Position numbers and translations under genes: made by a program | The notes under the pieces: model-generated | Told to the model about the DNA's origin: nothing | Database searches by the model: none | What the model saw: the letters and a program-made list of their open reading frames with translations, nothing else | Shown: positions 48,338 to 51,965 of the stretch, piece by piece | Numbering within the stretch: position 1 is the first letter of the stretch | Layout of the letters: each line of letters opens with the position of its first letter | From: Octopus bimaculoides | Taxonomy: Eukaryota | NCBI RefSeq assembly: GCF_001194135.2 | Contig: NC_068986.1 | Span: forward strand, 11,736,599 to 11,788,563 | Reading direction: 5' to 3' | DNA: 51,965 nt

Positions 48338-49114
48338 CACTTGCTCTCAACTAGGATCCGTATGACCCTTTGGGGGTCCACATAAGATTTTGGTGTTAAA
48401 ATTTATCAGCAATAAATTATCCTTCTACAATACACAAAATTTTTCCGAATACAATGTTGTAAGAAGCTTTCTTCCCAACCACATGGTGTGTGGGTGGGCG
48501 CGTGGGTGTGTGGGGGCGCGCGCGCGCGTGTGTGTGAGATAGGAAAGTTTGGAGAGTTTGTGGATGGATGAGAGAATTTGATGTTGCTCAAAGAATATGC
48601 TGTTGGGCCCCACTACTGATATTGGGGTTGTTCTATACCTTGACCCGAGCATACATCACGGGCTTCTTTCATCACGGGCTTCTTTCATCACGGGCTTGTT
48701 TCATCACGGGCTTCTTGCCTCTCTGAGCTGGGAAATGAATGAAATGCCTGGTGTGTCTTGTTGCGGCTACCCCCTCCTAAAAAAAATGGAATAGGCTTGG
48801 GTATATATATATATATATATTTATATAAAAATGTATATATGTATCCCCCCACCATTGCTTGACAACCGATGTTGGTGTGTTTGTCCCTGTAACTTAGCAG
48901 TTCGGCAAAATACTAGGCTTACAAAGAATGTCCTGGGGTTGATTTGTTTGACTAAAGGTGGTGCTCCAGCATGGCTGCAGTCAAATAAAAGAATAAAATT
49001 CTTAATATTTATGAAAATAGGATTATTTAAACCTTGAATGGCTATGAGGGTCCACTCTCACAGTAAAATAGGATTCAAAGAGGTCCCTGGGTAAAAAGGG
49101 GTCGAGGACCACTG
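48338..49114. mobile_element. Decayed hAT-like MITE with nested SINE fragments
   Basis: Ends resemble cagtggttctcaac / gtcgaggaccactg; TSD not recoverable. Confidence 0.35.
48654..48717. repeat. 16-bp tandem repeat CATCACGGGCTTCTTT x4
   Basis: Direct reading. Confidence 0.85.
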
Positions 49115-49689
49115 AACTACCCACTACAGGTTACTGACTATTTTCTACATTTACTATGGACATGGCCCTTCACTTCTGTAAATGGTGGTGGGTGGTTGAG
49201 GGGAATGTGCAGTGTATATCTTGGGTTGTAAGCTCCTTCTTGTCTTGCTGAAAGTTATTCAACTTTAGAAACTACGTCCAGTACACTCTGTAAAGTGACA
49301 GGAAGAGAATCCAGCTGTGGAAACCAATACAAATGACATGTATAAGCTTTAACCTACGAGAGCTGTGGCTCCCAGAAGGAAGGTGACTCAAAACTGTGAC
49401 AACCCCTCTGAACCAGATCAACATAGAGAGTGGATGTTAATTGGAAGATTGAAACGGGTGTTTGGAAGTTGGACAAGACTTACAAAGCTCCCTCCTAACA
49501 ACAGATACATTCTGAATAAGACTATATTTGAGTGGATTCATAGCATCTCTGGATGCTGTGAATCCACACACATTTTTGGAAAATACTAAATATACATTCT
49601 ATTTTTTTCTTTTTCTGTTATTAATTTCCATTCAAGAGCTGCAGCCATACTGGGGCACCTGCATGAGCTTTGTTACACTTTTCACTATT

Positions 49690-50010
49690 TGAAACCTCCT
49701 TTGATATGTGGCTTTTTGGTAGGATATTCAATAACTGTGGGCCCTTGAAAGCCAAGGTGTTGCAGTATCTGTTCATGTATCCTGATGGCAATGTCGATAT
49801 CTTTGGTACCATGCAGTGGTATTTTGACTCTGTTTTGCTGTTTGTATAACTTTCGAAATTAGTTTGGTACAAGTCCTTCCAGATCACTGCATATCTTTCC
49901 TGCTTTCATTCTAGGGATTAGTGTCTTAACTTTTTCAGCCTTTCCTAGTAGCTGACATGTTGCATTGAGACAATCTTCTTTGTGTAGCTTCACTGGATTG
50001 CTTTGAGTTC
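49690..50010 (-). pseudogene. CR1/L2-group LINE ORF2 C-terminal fragment
   Basis: SYTKKIVSMQHVSY.ERLKKLR...ERYAVIWK..FESYTN..HC.VPKI..RYCNTLAFKGPQLLNILPK, typical CR1-type C-terminus. Confidence 0.75.
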
Positions 50011-51659
50011 CACTGTTAATTTTACATTATGTGGTGGCCATAGGTGGGAGCAGTAGTCTATATATAAGGAATTAATATGAATGTTTGGAGAGCTGTGCAT
50101 ACCTGGCAAGTGATTTTAGTTTAAGACCATTGAAACTAAAGCTCTCAGTGCATGGAGGACACAGACATTCAGAAACACAAAATCTCAACTTTTATTTGAT
50201 GTTACAAAAATTTTGATACCAAATAATGTTTAAGTGAAGTATTTTTCAAGAGCTAATTCCATGCTGTAATTGTAAAATGGATTTGTCAAGAATCAAAGGT
50301 ACAATATGGTTAGTAATGCATTGTATAGAGGTAGTTTGCCAGTTTGTAGCTGATCGATGACCTCCTATTGTGTTGATCAATTAATACACAATAACACTAA
50401 ATACTTCTAGAACAGTGGCAGTCGATCTTAATATCCTAGCCAGAGCTAAAACCTGGTTTATTTTTAGGGGTTGCACCAAAAGGGTGAAGTTAATAAACTC
50501 TATCAGGTAGACTGCGGAGGGCTGCTGGAAGGCTGTTTGAACTGCAGTTGATAACTACTGCACTAGAATCCTCCGAGATGGGGTTTTCAAAATACACAAT
50601 GCTGAGTGTGGTGATAGTATGTAAGGTCACTGCTTAACCCCAAGTATTTCTAATATGTAATAATTTTCTTTAAAAAGTCTATGAACGGAAATGTTTACGT
50701 AGAGTATTTGGTTCTTAATTCTCATGTAGTACTAGTGTTGCAGGTAACTTAATAAGTATAGTTTTATTACCATGGGTATTATCAGGAATAATAACAATTT
50801 CACTTGTATCAGATTTCTTGGGAGTTAATACAAAATAAAATGAATATTAATTTTGAGATAAAAATTATCTTAAAATAATATTAAAGTAAATTTCTCATTT
50901 GTATATATGCAATAAATATTTCCTAATTTTTTTCTAAATTTAATTTACATAATTGCAACCTACTCCATTGAAAATTTATTTCTGTCAAATTTCATTAAAA
51001 AAACTGTATTATTTCTCAGAAAGTAATTATGCTCCTCTTGCACCACCTATTATGCTAATTTCTTCTGTATCTTTCTTTTACTCCCATTCTCTCTTTCTCT
51101 TGGCGGGGGAAATAATCAACCAACATTTTATTTCATCAGTTATAGAAAAAATTCGCCAAAACAGAAAAGAAAATCACTTGAGCATTACTGATGTTGATTT
51201 TAGTGTTTTTGTATGTCCAATTAAGAAGTAAAAACTTGTGATATTTCTTAATGGGTTTTCTTCTGCATCATTTAATATATAGGACACTTTATTATTTTAT
51301 GCTAGCTTATATAATTTGTACGTGTAGACATCTGTTGCTTACCACTTACCTTAGTTACTACCAGAGTTAAGAGATTTTTGTGAAGCATATTCTTTTGATT
51401 AGTCTGTAGGTCTATATTGTATCACTGAAGAAAAAAAAAAGAAAAAACAATGAAGAATCAGTTTTTATGCTTATAGAGAATTATAACTTAAGACATTTGG
51501 AATTCTTAGAAAATTTTTGTGATTGGAGAATTTAAAAATAGTGTGAAGAATTTTTTCTGACTGAAGGAGTTGAAGTAAATTGCTTGAAGCACCTTTGGAA
51601 GAATGGACAATAAACTGCTTAACAGTAAACCTTTGGAGGCTGGAGGAGCAGACAAACTT

Positions 51660-51965
51660 CCTAAGGAACCTGTGGAAGTTGTAGGAACAGACAGTAAACT
51701 CTCTGAATACATGTGGAAGTTGTGGAAACAGACAGTAGACTCCCTGAAACACCTGTTCAAGTTGTAGGAACAGACAGTAAACTCTCTGAAACACCTGTGG
51801 AAGTTGTAGGAACAGACAGTAAACTCTCTGAAACACCTGTGGAAGTTGTAGGAACAGACGGTAAACTCTCTGAAACACCTGTGGAAGTTGTAGGAACAGA
51901 CGGTAAACTCTCTGAAACACCTGTGGAAGTTGTAGGAACAGACGGTAAACTCTCTGAAACACCTG
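51660..51965. repeat. 42-bp tandem repeat AAACTCTCTGAAACACCTGTGGAAGTTGTAGGAACAGAC(A/G)GT, about 7 copies, continues past the window end
   Basis: Direct reading; units diverge toward the 5' side. Confidence 0.92.

Noticed and set aside
25805-51600. Downstream NHERF exons (second PDZ or ERM-binding tail)
   Set aside because: No second GYGF PDZ or NHERF-like sequence was found; presumably beyond the window or in gaps.

Overview
Repeat-dense animal genomic DNA with 12 assembly gaps, most of them flanked by microsatellites. The tRNA-derived SINE families, microsatellite load and MITE types look like an Octopus (cephalopod) genome; this is inferred from sequence style, not verified. The only confident host gene feature is the first coding exon of an NHERF/EBP50-family PDZ gene (19670-20093, +, donor GT at 20094). 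Everything downstream is probably its intron, and CpG content collapses after ~26.8 kb. Transposon content: a non-autonomous LTR element with a nested Helentron-like insert, a deleted K02A2.6-like gypsy, mariner, Tigger-like and Merlin DNA elements, a Tx1/L1-like ORF1, RTE and CR1-type LINE 3' ends, and many SINEs. The most notable signal is a cluster of short non-coding retroelements carrying hammerhead-ribozyme motifs (retrozyme-like): a 349-nt unit in a tandem-plus-inverted array with a 14-bp TSD (46697-47549), an unrelated 337-nt unit beside it (47784-48207), a diverged relative of the first (44324-44667), and a tRNA-headed SINE with a degenerate hammerhead-like motif (29.6 kb and 30.8 kb). 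Many long ORFs in the supplied track are artefacts of microsatellites or N-runs.
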